A stretch of 64,000 nt of DNA from an uncultured Alphaproteobacteria bacterium (GCA_902569095.1 CACFSX010000003.1:9533-73532), one strand, 5' to 3'. Positions 8,806 to 21,582 are shown, numbered from the stretch's first letter. Translations and numbers: made by a program. Notes: generated from the sequence alone by a model not told the origin.

Positions 8806-9954
8806 ATGGCAAATAACTTTTGGATTACGCAGCTAAAACTGAGTAATTATAGAAATCATAAATTCTTGCAAATAAATCCAACAAAAAACATTATTCTAAT
8901 TACTGGAAGGAATGGATCTGGAAAAACCAATGTATTAGAGTCAATTTCTCTATTTGATTCAAATACCGGTTTTAGAAATGCAAGGATGTCAGAATTAGTT
9001 CGAGATGATCTAGAGGGTCCATCAGAGCTTTTTGGAGTTAATTTAAAAGTTTGCTCAGAAAATAAAAAATTTGATGTAGGTTTAGGGTTAAAAGGAGAAG
9101 TCAATCTTCTTAAAAAGGTAATATCATTAGACAAAAGGAAAACGAATTTAAGAAATTTTTTCAACATCTTTTGGGTTTTACCCCAAATGTCTCATTTACT
9201 CCAAGGCAAACCAGAGGATAGAAGAAGTTTTTTAGACTTGATGGTGTCAGCTACAGATGTTTCTTATAAAAATAAATTATTAGATTATAAAAAACTTAAA
9301 AATGAAAGATTAAAAATTCTCAAGAATTTAGAAATTTCGAAAAACGATAAGTGGTTGGACATAATTGAAAAAAAAATGTCTGAGGTGGGCGTTGTAATAT
9401 GCGATTCCAGAAGAGTTTTTTTGGATTCTCTTAACAAGTGCTTCATGAAAATTGATGATCAGATCCCATTGTTAAACCTAAAATTAAATGGAATGGCTGA
9501 TGAAATGCTCAGGGTAAAACCTGCACTTTATGTGGAGGAATTAATCATTATGGAATTAAAAAAAAACAGATTAAAAGATTCAATTTCAGGACGTACAAAC
9601 TTTAGCATTAACAAAACTGATCTTCTAATTTACGAAAAAAAAAGTAATAAGGAAGGAAGAAACTTTTCCACAGGCGAACAAAAAATTATAATTATATCGA
9701 TACTATTTTCTTTCCTTAATACTCTGGAGAAAATCAAAAATTCAAAGGTTCTTTTTTTACTTGATGATATATTTTCTTATTTAGATGTTAGATTTATAAG
9801 AAATATAATTGATAGACTTAATGAATTAAAATTTCAGACTTGGATGACAGATGTAAGATCAGACTCAATAAATCAAATAGAAGAATTTCAATCAAAGATT
9901 CATAATATAAATATTGATGATAATAGGTTTAAAGTTATTAATAATAGGTTATAA
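8806..9954 (+). CDS. recF: DNA replication/repair protein RecF
   Basis: N-terminal Walker A motif GRNGSGKTN and a C-terminal SMC-like signature, in the conserved dnaN-recF-gyrB order. Confidence 0.85.
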   Translation: MANNFWITQLKLSNYRNHKFLQINPTKNIILITGRNGSGKTNVLESISLFDSNTGFRNARMSELVRDDLEGPSELFGVNLKVCSENKKFDVGLGLKGEVNLLKKVISLDKRKTNLRNFFNIFWVLPQMSHLLQGKPEDRRSFLDLMVSATDVSYKNKLLDYKKLKNERLKILKNLEISKNDKWLDIIEKKMSEVGVVICDSRRVFLDSLNKCFMKIDDQIPLLNLKLNGMADEMLRVKPALYVEELIIMELKKNRLKDSISGRTNFSINKTDLLIYEKKSNKEGRNFSTGEQKIIIISILFSFLNTLEKIKNSKVLFLLDDIFSYLDVRFIRNIIDRLNELKFQTWMTDVRSDSINQIEEFQSKIHNINIDDNRFKVINNRL

Positions 9955-9976
9955 TGTTAGATAACTTTAGGTTTAA

Positions 9977-12397
<2,421 letters not shown>

Positions 12398-12432
12398 TTA
12401 TAATTATTAATATTTAATTTGGGTTAAATAAT

Positions 12433-14304
12433 TTGAAAGCTTTAAGGTGGTTGCTAGTTATTTTTATTTGGCTTGTATTATTATCAAGCATGGCAGTTAC
12501 TTGGTCTTTATTAAATTTACCTGAGACCGAATCTATTCAGATTTCTAGACAGCCTAGCATTACATTTCTAGATAAGGACGGAAGGATAATTGCTTCTTAT
12601 GGTGACATTTACGGCAAATCTATCAAATTTAATAATTTACCTAAAAATCTTATTAATGCAGTTATTGTTACCGAAGATCAAAGATTTTTCAATCATTATG
12701 GTGTTGATATAAAAGGTGTTTTGAGGGCGATTTACGTAAATTTAAGAGAAAGAAGAATTGTTCAAGGAGGCAGTACAATCACACAACAGTTAGCTAAAAA
12801 CCTTTTTTTAACTCCAGAAAGATCTTTTACACGAAAACTTCATGAACTTATACTCAGTTTGTGGCTTGAATTAAGATTTTCAAAAAAACAAATTTTGAGT
12901 ATTTATTTAAATAGAGTTTACTTGGGATCAGGAACATATGGTGTACAAGCTGCTTCAGAAAAATATTTTAATAAAAAAGTAGAAGAACTAAATTTGTACG
13001 AGTGTGCAGTCATTGCTAGTTTACTGAAAGCACCTTCAAGGTATAATCCAATTGCTAATAAAGAATTATCTCAGGAAAGAGCTTCTTTAGTTTTAGAAAA
13101 TATGGCTAAAAGGAAAATGATCAGCCAGGCCAATGTTAAGGAAGCAAAATTCAATAATAAAAAATATTCAAAATTTACTACTCCACCCAAAAGCACAAGA
13201 TATTTTATAGATTGGCTTCTCCCAAGAGTGAAAGCTTATATTGGAGAAATAAATGAGGATCTAATTGTGAGAACAACTTTGGATGTAAAATTACAAAAAA
13301 TTGCTGAGGATTCACTTAATGAAGTTACAAAAAATTATCCATCTGCCGATCAATCTGCATTAGTTAGTCTTAATCTTGAAGGAGGTGTAATTTCAATGAT
13401 TGGAGGACGAGATTATGGAGACTCGCAATTTAATAGAGTTACGCAGGCAAAAAGACAACCCGGTTCCGCATTTAAACTTTTTGTTTACCTCGCTGGTTTG
13501 GAAAATGGATTTGCTCCTGATGATCTTGTGGTTGATTCAAAAATAGATATAAATGGATGGTCACCCAAAAATTATAAAGACAAATATATTGGTGAAGTGA
13601 GTGTAGAAGATGCTTTTTCTAATTCTATTAATACTGTTGCTGTGAAAATATCTGAAGATATAGGAAGAGAAAAAGTAATAAAAATGGCAAAACTTATGGG
13701 TATAACAAGTCCAATCTTAAATTCACCATCGTTGGCATTAGGAACTTCCGAAGTCAATCTTTTAGAATTAACTGCTGCATATGATGTTTTAGCTAATAAT
13801 GGAAACGGTGTTTTTGTACATGGAATAAGATCCATAGAGAATACAGAAGGAAAGAATCTTTTCACAAGAAAGATTCAAGGACCTGGTAAGGTCTTAAACT
13901 CTTACACAGTTAAAACAATGACAAAAATGATGGAACAAACTATTTTAAATGGTACTGGTAGAAAAGCAAAAATAAATAGACCAGCAGCTGGAAAAACTGG
14001 TACAAGTCAATCTCTAAGAGATGCATGGTTTGTCGGTTTCACTTCAAATATTGTTGTAGGGGTTTGGTTTGGAAATGATGATGATTCTCCTATGGAGAAA
14101 ATTACAGGTGGGACAGCTCCAGCGATACTTTGGGGAGAATTTATGAAAAAAGCTCATAGTGATATCCAACCTCAAGCATTAAATTTTGGTATTACAGACG
14201 ACTCACTAGAATCAACAAAGTCAAAGATTAGAAAACTAATTGAGAAGTCGAGGGTTCAGCCAAAAAAGAATGTATTTGAATCAATTTTAGAAAACTTCTT
14301 TTAA
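12433..14304 (+). CDS. class A penicillin-binding protein (transglycosylase/transpeptidase), compact 623-aa form
   Basis: GT51 motifs (ITQQLAKNLFL, RKLHE) followed by transpeptidase SxxK (SAFK), SxN and KTG(T) motifs. The start is TTG. Confidence 0.8.
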   Translation: MKALRWLLVIFIWLVLLSSMAVTWSLLNLPETESIQISRQPSITFLDKDGRIIASYGDIYGKSIKFNNLPKNLINAVIVTEDQRFFNHYGVDIKGVLRAIYVNLRERRIVQGGSTITQQLAKNLFLTPERSFTRKLHELILSLWLELRFSKKQILSIYLNRVYLGSGTYGVQAASEKYFNKKVEELNLYECAVIASLLKAPSRYNPIANKELSQERASLVLENMAKRKMISQANVKEAKFNNKKYSKFTTPPKSTRYFIDWLLPRVKAYIGEINEDLIVRTTLDVKLQKIAEDSLNEVTKNYPSADQSALVSLNLEGGVISMIGGRDYGDSQFNRVTQAKRQPGSAFKLFVYLAGLENGFAPDDLVVDSKIDINGWSPKNYKDKYIGEVSVEDAFSNSINTVAVKISEDIGREKVIKMAKLMGITSPILNSPSLALGTSEVNLLELTAAYDVLANNGNGVFVHGIRSIENTEGKNLFTRKIQGPGKVLNSYTVKTMTKMMEQTILNGTGRKAKINRPAAGKTGTSQSLRDAWFVGFTSNIVVGVWFGNDDDSPMEKITGGTAPAILWGEFMKKAHSDIQPQALNFGITDDSLESTKSKIRKLIEKSRVQPKKNVFESILENFF

Positions 14305-14897
14305 AACAATAACGAGTTGATTCTTGAATCAAAATCACTTGGTCTGAAGTGCGTCAAATATTTATCGTTTTTATCGACTAAAAAAAATAAGGAGCTATGG
14401 TCTACTAAATAGTTTTCATCATCAAAAGAATTTTTATTAGTTTTTACGAAAATTCTGAATTTTTTTATAACCTCTTGAATTTGTTCTTTTGAACCAGTAA
14501 GCCCGATGATAGAGGGATTAAAATTTGCTAGAAAACTTTTTAATTGTTGAGGTTGATCTCTATCAGGATCAACTGTAATAAAAATAAAATCTAATTCTTT
14601 TTTCAACTGAGGATTTTTATCTATAAATTTTGATAATTTTAATATATCGAATGGACATACATCAGGACAATAGGTGTAACCGAAGTAAATTAACTTATTC
14701 TTTTTTGAAGTTCTGGAATCAAAGTTCATTTTATTTTGATCGATCAATAAAAATCTTCCACCTAGCTCGAATCCTTTTTTCGCTTTGTTCTTTGTAGCAT
14801 CTATAATTAAAATACTGAAAGCTATCACAAAAACTAGTAAAAGCATCATTATTGAATTTTTTTTAAAGATAATTTTATATTTTTTCATTAATTTCAA
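14301..14897 (-). CDS. SCO1/SenC copper chaperone
   Basis: CPDVCP metal-binding motif within a thioredoxin-like fold; N-terminal transmembrane anchor. Confidence 0.8.
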   Translation of the reverse strand: MKLMKKYKIIFKKNSIMMLLLVFVIAFSILIIDATKNKAKKGFELGGRFLLIDQNKMNFDSRTSKKNKLIYFGYTYCPDVCPFDILKLSKFIDKNPQLKKELDFIFITVDPDRDQPQQLKSFLANFNPSIIGLTGSKEQIQEVIKKFRIFVKTNKNSFDDENYLVDHSSLFFLVDKNDKYLTHFRPSDFDSRINSLLF

Positions 14898-15552
14898 CTA
14901 TTATATAAGATGGAGTATTTAGCTCCTCAATAATTATAATATTATTTTTTAAATTTTTATGTTTTTCACTTGAAATATTGAATTTTCTAATTTTTGAAGG
15001 AGGCATATTATTGAAAAAAGACATGATTTGCTTTAGTTCATCTTTATTTTCTACAAAAACAATAAGTTTTTCAAAATAAAGATTATTAATTATCTTTTTA
15101 ATTTTTTTTATATTAAATTCTTTTAAAAAGGTAGATGAAAAATTTTTTTCTCTGTTTGTAAGTAATTCTGAACTTAGATTTAAATAATTTACAACTTTAA
15201 TAATACCTGAAATAATTTCACAATTAATATGTTTGATCTTGAAATAATTAATTTCTTGTAGTCCGTTTTCATCAACAATGGGATCTCCATCAACCAAATG
15301 ACAAATTACATCAGTGTGTCTAAATAATTCATAAATTTTTTTCCACAACACTAAATCATTGTTTGTGGAAAATTTTTCTTGAAAGTAAATTTTTTTATTT
15401 TCAGCAAGCTTTAGAAACTTTGAATCAAACTTTTTTGATAGTATAACTACCTTAGCCTGCTTGATTCTTTCATATGCTTCAACTGTACAATCTTCAAAAT
15501 CACGTGCATTTGTGCCAATTAGATAGAATTTTTTTTCTTTTTGTAATACCAT
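14875..15552 (-). CDS. divergent tetrapyrrole (uroporphyrinogen-III/SUMT-like) methylase family protein
   Basis: The collinear pattern FYLIGT..D....T.EA...I..A.VV....DGDP.......E.ISGI resembles CobA/CysG methylases. The glycine-rich SAM loop reads GTNARD rather than GAGPGD. Confidence 0.45.
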   Translation of the reverse strand: MVLQKEKKFYLIGTNARDFEDCTVEAYERIKQAKVVILSKKFDSKFLKLAENKKIYFQEKFSTNNDLVLWKKIYELFRHTDVICHLVDGDPIVDENGLQEINYFKIKHINCEIISGIIKVVNYLNLSSELLTNREKNFSSTFLKEFNIKKIKKIINNLYFEKLIVFVENKDELKQIMSFFNNMPPSKIRKFNISSEKHKNLKNNIIIIEELNTPSYIIVEINEKI

Positions 15553-15560
15553 GTAATACT

Positions 15561-16145
15561 ATGAATAAGAAAAATATCAAAAAAAAACCATACATTTTTT
15601 TTTTTTTAGCAATAATTTTTCTGTTTAATAGACCCGTAGCCTCTTTGGATGACAGTGATGTCCTAATCGATAGAGTTTTCATGACAGCTGTTAAAAAATC
15701 TAATTATAATAAAGTTGAGGAAATGCTCGATAAAGATGCAGCTGTTAACTATAAAGATTCTGAAAACCTCGTTGCTCTTTCATATGCTCTTTTAAATGAT
15801 GATAGAAAAATGTTTGATCTTTTAGTTGCTGGTGGAGCAAATACAAAAGTGACTATTCTTAATAAAACTTCGTTATTAATTCATTACGTCAATAATCAAA
15901 AATATTCTCTTATCGAAGATTTAGTAAAATCTGGTGTAAACTTAAACTTTCAAGATAAGTTGGGTATGACAGCCTTAATGCATAGCATTGAAAAAGGAAA
16001 CGTTAATGCAGTCAATTTATTAATTAGAGAGAATTTTGATAAAGACTTAACAGATTTTTCTGGTAAAACAATTTTCGACTACGCAGATTCTTCAAGAAAT
16101 TTATTGATAAAAAAACTTATTAAAAATTTAAATACTTCTAATTAG
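15561..16145 (+). CDS. secreted ankyrin-repeat protein
   Basis: Signal peptide MNKKNIKKKPYIFFFLAIIFLFNRPVASL followed by at least three ankyrin repeats (ALSYALLNDD..LLVAGGAN, TALMHSIEKGNVNAVNLLI). The first ATG after the divergent neighbour is 15561. Confidence 0.7.
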   Translation: MNKKNIKKKPYIFFFLAIIFLFNRPVASLDDSDVLIDRVFMTAVKKSNYNKVEEMLDKDAAVNYKDSENLVALSYALLNDDRKMFDLLVAGGANTKVTILNKTSLLIHYVNNQKYSLIEDLVKSGVNLNFQDKLGMTALMHSIEKGNVNAVNLLIRENFDKDLTDFSGKTIFDYADSSRNLLIKKLIKNLNTSN

Positions 16146-16841
16146 TTTTTCAGAAATAATCTTAATTATTGGATCATAGTGTGCAATGGGAAAAATCCGC
16201 ATAGTCTTAAAACACTTTTCAAAATGGCTAACATTTTTCTTGAATAAAAAACCATTAAAAAAGAAAACAGGGTGAAGAATAATGTTTTTTATTTCAAGTT
16301 TTTTTAACTCGGTTAAAACCATTACTTCATCACCAACAAAATGAAAAATCTTATTCTTAATATTAAGACTACTTGATAGTTTATTAGTGTAGTTTTCTAA
16401 TTGATCCAATACAGTTTTGTTTTTGCTAAATGAACAAGACGTTATCAGGGTATCGTATTTTTTGTAGTTAGATTTAGAAATTATATCTTTCATATTTGGA
16501 AGTATGTCTCTAAAAAGTGAGAGTTTTTCAACCAGATCAATACGTTTTTTAAATTTTTCTGACAAATAATTAATTTTTTTCTTTATATCTATGATCATAT
16601 GCTTTCCGTCAAACAGAAGAAGAGGGAAGAATGAGATTTTTTTGTATTTATGAATTACTTCATATATGCAGTCGTCTATTAACGGTTCATTTATCTCTAT
16701 AAAACAATTAAAGACGTCATACTTAAATTTGTCTTCTAATTTTTTTTTTAAATTAACCATTTCGTTCATGTAATCAATGTCTCTTGATCCATGTCCGCAT
16801 AAAATCATAGCATGTTCTTTATCTAATTTTTTGGTAATCAT
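16128..16841 (-). CDS. CbiX/SirB-type sirohydrochlorin chelatase-like protein
   Basis: AMILCGHGSRD...FIEINEPLIDD...FPLLLFDGKHMIIDI matches the CbiX half-domain pattern; the second half repeats the fold. Confidence 0.55.
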   Translation of the reverse strand: MITKKLDKEHAMILCGHGSRDIDYMNEMVNLKKKLEDKFKYDVFNCFIEINEPLIDDCIYEVIHKYKKISFFPLLLFDGKHMIIDIKKKINYLSEKFKKRIDLVEKLSLFRDILPNMKDIISKSNYKKYDTLITSCSFSKNKTVLDQLENYTNKLSSSLNIKNKIFHFVGDEVMVLTELKKLEIKNIILHPVFFFNGFLFKKNVSHFEKCFKTMRIFPIAHYDPIIKIISEKLIRSI

Positions 16842-17520
16842 CTATTTTCCTAAGAATTTTAGTTAAATTTGATATGCCTTTGGAAATTGCCTTGTTTTGA
16901 AGAATTTCTTCAGAAGAAAACTCTTTGCCATGTATTATTTTATTTAAATCGTTCCTAGGTTGAAGGTAGGTTCCTTCCATTGACCCTCCAACAAAAAGTC
17001 CAGAATTATCTGAAAAAGAGTAAATATCTGCTAACCTCAACGTGCTTTCTGCAGAATAACCTATTCCAGAGTTAATCATAGCCGTATCAACATCAACTCC
17101 AAGTTTCACTCTTTCTTTCAAAATAGAGTTTAAGCCTCTATTCGTCATTATTGTCATTGCAACTTGTGCTGATTTCATTCCAATTTGAAGGCCAAAACTT
17201 AATCCACCAATTGAATAAAAGAAAGGACCTGAGAACTTATTATCAGATCTTCTAATTATTAAGATTCCGTTTCCACCTTTTGCTCCAAACAGTAATCCTC
17301 CTTCATATAATTCAGGGAAAATTAAAATGGCTCTAGAATTTTTTAAATATTCGTTCAGGTTGGTTAGTTTACTATTTGATATTAAATCTTTAAGGCTATT
17401 TTCGGAAGAATGAATTAACTCAATTGCAGTGACTTTTTTTTCATTTTCGGAAAATGAAAAATTTGGGTATGAAAATGTGAAAATAAGAAATAATATAAAT
17501 TTTAAAATGTAATATCTCAT
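16819..17520 (-). CDS. SYLF (Ysc84/DUF500) lipid-binding domain protein, exported
   Basis: Signal peptide plus glycine-rich SYLF core (GGLLFGAKGGNGILI...GGLSFGLQIG). Confidence 0.6.
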   Translation of the reverse strand: MRYYILKFILFLIFTFSYPNFSFSENEKKVTAIELIHSSENSLKDLISNSKLTNLNEYLKNSRAILIFPELYEGGLLFGAKGGNGILIIRRSDNKFSGPFFYSIGGLSFGLQIGMKSAQVAMTIMTNRGLNSILKERVKLGVDVDTAMINSGIGYSAESTLRLADIYSFSDNSGLFVGGSMEGTYLQPRNDLNKIIHGKEFSSEEILQNKAISKGISNLTKILRKIDDYQKIR

Positions 17521-17578
17521 TTTAGATGATATTTATCATACAAATTTTGCTAATGTTAAGATATAAAAAAATAAAAAT

Positions 17579-18004
17579 ATGAAAATAAATTTTTTAATTA
17601 TCCTAAGTTTTACATTGTTCGTATGCTCTGAAATATCCTCTGGGGAGATTAAAATTTTTGTTTCCAATATCGAAGAAAAAAAAGGAACTATTCATTACGG
17701 TGTGTATAATAATTCACAACTATTTCCCGAAGATAGTGGAAAAATTCTTGGGGGCTATGAAGAGGTATCAAAAGTAATTGAAAGTGGTTTATTGATAGAC
17801 AATCTTGACGAGTCAAATTATGCGATTGCAATTTTTCATGATACAAATTCAAATAATAAATTTGACACTTTTTTATCAATACCGAAGGAAAAGTTTGGAT
17901 TTAGTAATAATGCAAAAGTATTTTTAGGTCCCCCTAGATTTGAAGATGCATCGATCTTTGTTGGACAAAACTCCATTGTTGAAATAATGATAGAGCTGAG
18001 ATGA
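17579..18004 (+). CDS. DUF2141-like exported protein
   Basis: Signal peptide plus the pattern GTIHYGVYNN...FHDTNSNNKFDT...GFSNN, which resembles DUF2141 family members. Confidence 0.5.
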   Translation: MKINFLIILSFTLFVCSEISSGEIKIFVSNIEEKKGTIHYGVYNNSQLFPEDSGKILGGYEEVSKVIESGLLIDNLDESNYAIAIFHDTNSNNKFDTFLSIPKEKFGFSNNAKVFLGPPRFEDASIFVGQNSIVEIMIELR

Positions 18005-18948
18005 AAAAAAGAGTTTTAGTTACAGGTGGTGCAGGCTTTATAGGTTCATTTTTATGTGAGAGTTTAATTAAAAAAGGACACTATGTGATTTGCTGTGACA
18101 ATTTTTACACTGGAAACGAAGAGAATCTCAAAAATATTTACAATCATAAAAATTTTGAGTTGTTGCGCCATGATATAACATTCCCTCTCTATGTTGAGGT
18201 TGATGAGATTTTTAATTTTGCATGTCCAGCGTCTCCAATTCATTACCAAAATGATCCTGTGCAAACAGTAAAAACTTGTGTTCATGGTGCTATCAACATG
18301 TTAGGACTTGCAAAAAGAACTAAAGCTAGAATATTGCAAGCATCTACATCTGAAATATATGGAGATCCAGAGGTTCATCCTCAGAATGAATCATACAAAG
18401 GAGCAGTTAGTATAGAAGGTCCAAGGGCTTGTTATGACGAGGGAAAAAGGTGTGCTGAAACAATCTTTTGGGATTACCAAAGACAACATCAAATTGATGT
18501 TAAGGTTATAAGAATTTTCAATACTTTTGGTCCGAGAATGCAACCTAATGATGGAAGAGTTGTGTCTAATTTTATTTTACAAGCTCTTACAAATAAAAAC
18601 ATTACTATTTATGGTAAAGGAAACCAGACGAGATCGTTTTGCTACATTGATGATTTAATTTCAGGAATACTTATGATGATGGAATTAGAAAATTTTTCAG
18701 GTCCAATCAATTTAGGAAATCCAAGTGAAATTTCTATACTCAATTTAGCTAGTGAGATTATAGACTTAACAGGAAGTAATTCGAAAATTATTTACAAAGA
18801 CTTACCAATTGATGATCCTCAAATGAGATGTCCAGACATTACTTTGGCAAATAAAAGGTTGAAATGGTCTCCAAAGTTTGACAGAAAGACTGGGTTAAAG
18901 AAAACGGTAGAATATTTTGATACTTTATTAAAAAAGGAGTTACTTTAA
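18001..18948 (+). CDS. UDP-glucuronate decarboxylase (UDP-xylose synthase-like SDR)
   Basis: VTGGAGFIGSxL Rossmann motif, a YxxxK catalytic pair and the typical UXS length of 315 aa. Confidence 0.8.
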   Translation: MKKRVLVTGGAGFIGSFLCESLIKKGHYVICCDNFYTGNEENLKNIYNHKNFELLRHDITFPLYVEVDEIFNFACPASPIHYQNDPVQTVKTCVHGAINMLGLAKRTKARILQASTSEIYGDPEVHPQNESYKGAVSIEGPRACYDEGKRCAETIFWDYQRQHQIDVKVIRIFNTFGPRMQPNDGRVVSNFILQALTNKNITIYGKGNQTRSFCYIDDLISGILMMMELENFSGPINLGNPSEISILNLASEIIDLTGSNSKIIYKDLPIDDPQMRCPDITLANKRLKWSPKFDRKTGLKKTVEYFDTLLKKELL

Positions 18949-18952
18949 GGTT

Positions 18953-20371
18953 ATGTCTGGGCGTGTTTTATGTATTGGTGATATAATTCTAGATTCATAT
19001 TCACATGGAGATGTAAAAAGAATATCACCTGAAGCACCAATTCCTGTATTAAAAATCAATAATAATAAATATGAAGTATTAGGCGGATGCGGAAATGTAG
19101 CCAAAAATATTTGTGGCGCAGGAAGTAAGTGTCATATTATTTCAGTTTGTGGAGACGATAAAGAATCATTGGTTCTGAAAAAATTATTGAAGGATGCAAA
19201 AAAACTTACATTCAATCTTTTAACTGATCCAACAAGATGTACAACAAAAAAAATAAGATTTGTTTCTGGCAATCAACAAATTTTACGAGTCGACAAAGAA
19301 TTTAATAAACCAATAAGCTCTAAACTCGAAGCTAAAGTTTTAAAAATTCTAAAAAGTAAAATTGATTTTTTTGATGTTGTTGTGCTATCCGATTATAGTA
19401 AGGGATTTTTAACCGATAATCTACTTAAGAATATTATAGAAATATCAAAAAAAAAAGAAAAGGTAGTTATAATTGACCCCAAAAAAAGTGATTTTCATCC
19501 ATACAAAGGTGCGGATATAATAACACCAAATTTTAAAGAGTTATTGGAGGCATCTAAATTTGAGAAAAACAACAAAAAAGAAAATAACTCTAATATTGTA
19601 GTTACGTTGTCTAAGGAATTATTAAGAAAATATAAATTTGATGCAATTGTTACAACAAGAAGCTCTGATGGAATATCAATTGTAGATAACAATAATGATT
19701 ATTTACATTTACCATCAAAAGCTCAAGAAGTTTTTGATGTTTCAGGTGCTGGAGATACTGTAATAGCCTATATTGCCGCAGGAATTGCTAAAGGAAAATC
19801 TCTATTTAATGCAACTGAAATAGCTAATGATGCCGCAGGAATTGCAGTCGGGAAGTTTGGGACCACAGTTGTAAATGAAAAAGATTTACTAAATTCTAAT
19901 CAAAGTAAAAAGTTATTAAAATTAGAGGAGTTATATAATGATTTAAAGAAATATAAAACTAAAACAATTGGGTTCACAAATGGATGTTTTGATTTAATTC
20001 ATCAAGGACATATTTTTTATCTTAAAGAAGCAAGGAAAATGTGTGATTTTTTAATTCTGGGATTAAATAGTGATAATTCGATAAAAAAAATAAAAGGAAA
20101 AGACAGACCTATTTTAAGTCAAATTGAACGAAGTGAGATTTTAAAGAATTTTGATTTTATTGATAGAATATTAATTTTTAACGAAGAAACTCCGATTAAT
20201 TTAATAAAAAAAATTAAACCTAATATCATTTTCAAAGGGGATGATTACAGTGTGAAAGAAGTTGTAGGTTCCGAAGAAATGAAAAAATGGGGAGGACAAA
20301 TAAAATTAATCAAATGTGTAAAGGGGAAATCAACCTCAAATATTATTAGGAAAATAAAAAATGTTACTTAG
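18953..20371 (+). CDS. hldE: bifunctional D-beta-D-heptose 7-phosphate kinase/heptose 1-phosphate adenylyltransferase
   Basis: N-terminal PfkB-type sugar kinase (GAGDT) fused to a C-terminal cytidylyltransferase domain (GCFDLIHQGH). Confidence 0.9.
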   Translation: MSGRVLCIGDIILDSYSHGDVKRISPEAPIPVLKINNNKYEVLGGCGNVAKNICGAGSKCHIISVCGDDKESLVLKKLLKDAKKLTFNLLTDPTRCTTKKIRFVSGNQQILRVDKEFNKPISSKLEAKVLKILKSKIDFFDVVVLSDYSKGFLTDNLLKNIIEISKKKEKVVIIDPKKSDFHPYKGADIITPNFKELLEASKFEKNNKKENNSNIVVTLSKELLRKYKFDAIVTTRSSDGISIVDNNNDYLHLPSKAQEVFDVSGAGDTVIAYIAAGIAKGKSLFNATEIANDAAGIAVGKFGTTVVNEKDLLNSNQSKKLLKLEELYNDLKKYKTKTIGFTNGCFDLIHQGHIFYLKEARKMCDFLILGLNSDNSIKKIKGKDRPILSQIERSEILKNFDFIDRILIFNEETPINLIKKIKPNIIFKGDDYSVKEVVGSEEMKKWGGQIKLIKCVKGKSTSNIIRKIKNVT

Positions 20372-21116
20372 TGCAGTGTTATTTGACGTTGACGGAACAA
20401 TTGCTGAGACTGAAGATTTTCATCGACGATCGTTTAATGAATCTTTCAAGGAATTTAATCTAGACTGGTTCTGGGATGAAGCAATTTATAAAGAACTCAT
20501 AAACATTGGCGACGGGAAAGAAAGAATTGAATATTACATTAAACGTGCCTGGCCTGAGATGTTAGAATATAAAAATTTAACGAAATATATCAATTCCATT
20601 CACAAAGTAAAAAATGAGTTGTTTAAGGATTTTATTATGGATTCTAAGATAACATTTCGACCAGGAGTGCTTAGGCTTATAAACGAATTAAAAAAGAATA
20701 ACGTTAGAATTGCAATTGTTTCATCCACTACCAAGGAGGATTTATTGACACTTTTTAAAAACGGACTAAATATGGACCCCAAAACAACATTCGATCTTAT
20801 TGCGCATGGAGATTGTACAGAGAATAAAAGACCTTCTCCGGAAATTTATGAGTGGATACTTGAAAAATTAAGAATAGCTCCCCAAGCATGTGTCGCAATT
20901 GAAGATTCATTAAGAGGGCTAAGTTCTGCGGTTAACGCTAATATAAATGTTTTAGTGACACCATCTATTTATACTAAAAATGAAAATTTTAAAGAGGCAA
21001 ATATTGTCGTTTCAAGTCTTGGGGAAATTGATGAGCCGTTTCAGGTTATTAAAGGAAAAGCCTTTGGAAACAAATTTGTGAATGTTGATCTTCTAAATAA
21101 AATAATTAATTATTGA
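20361..21116 (+). CDS. HAD-IA family hydrolase (CbbY/beta-phosphoglucomutase-like)
   Basis: DVDGT motif I plus downstream HAD motifs; 251 aa. Confidence 0.7.
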   Translation: MLLSAVLFDVDGTIAETEDFHRRSFNESFKEFNLDWFWDEAIYKELINIGDGKERIEYYIKRAWPEMLEYKNLTKYINSIHKVKNELFKDFIMDSKITFRPGVLRLINELKKNNVRIAIVSSTTKEDLLTLFKNGLNMDPKTTFDLIAHGDCTENKRPSPEIYEWILEKLRIAPQACVAIEDSLRGLSSAVNANINVLVTPSIYTKNENFKEANIVVSSLGEIDEPFQVIKGKAFGNKFVNVDLLNKIINY

Positions 21117-21535
21117 ATTTTAAAATAAACCATGGCCATACAGATTATTTGAAAGGCAAATATAAAAACGCTTAACGAATGTAAAATTTTAAATTTTTGT
21201 TGTTGTTTTTTAGTTTTTTTTTTAATGTCACTGACTTCATTTATCCATTTAACTAAAAAAAGTCTTGAAAATAAGTAGCCGGATGAAATCACTAAAAATA
21301 TTATAGTGTAGATTGTTCCATGAGAAATGATTAAAAATGTAACTGTTAAGCTTATTAAAAACCCCCATAAGTATAATTTAGGGAATATAGTGCGGATAAA
21401 TTTTCTAGCATTTGGCTGATCCAGTGACATAAAAATATTAGGGGCTATTACTAATGAAAAAAAAATAAGACTTCCAATTAAAAATGGTATAAGGAAATTT
21501 GTGATTTCAACGAATATATTATGAAATTGAAGCAT
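21110..21535 (-). CDS. small integral membrane protein (DUF4149-like)
   Basis: Four predicted TM helices; weak similarity in pattern only. Confidence 0.4.
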   Translation of the reverse strand: MLQFHNIFVEITNFLIPFLIGSLIFFSLVIAPNIFMSLDQPNARKFIRTIFPKLYLWGFLISLTVTFLIISHGTIYTIIFLVISSGYLFSRLFLVKWINEVSDIKKKTKKQQQKFKILHSLSVFIFAFQIICMAMVYFKIQ

Positions 21536-21582
21536 ATTTAAATCTATTTAAAATTTTTTTGAATAATGATAAAAGGTAAATT

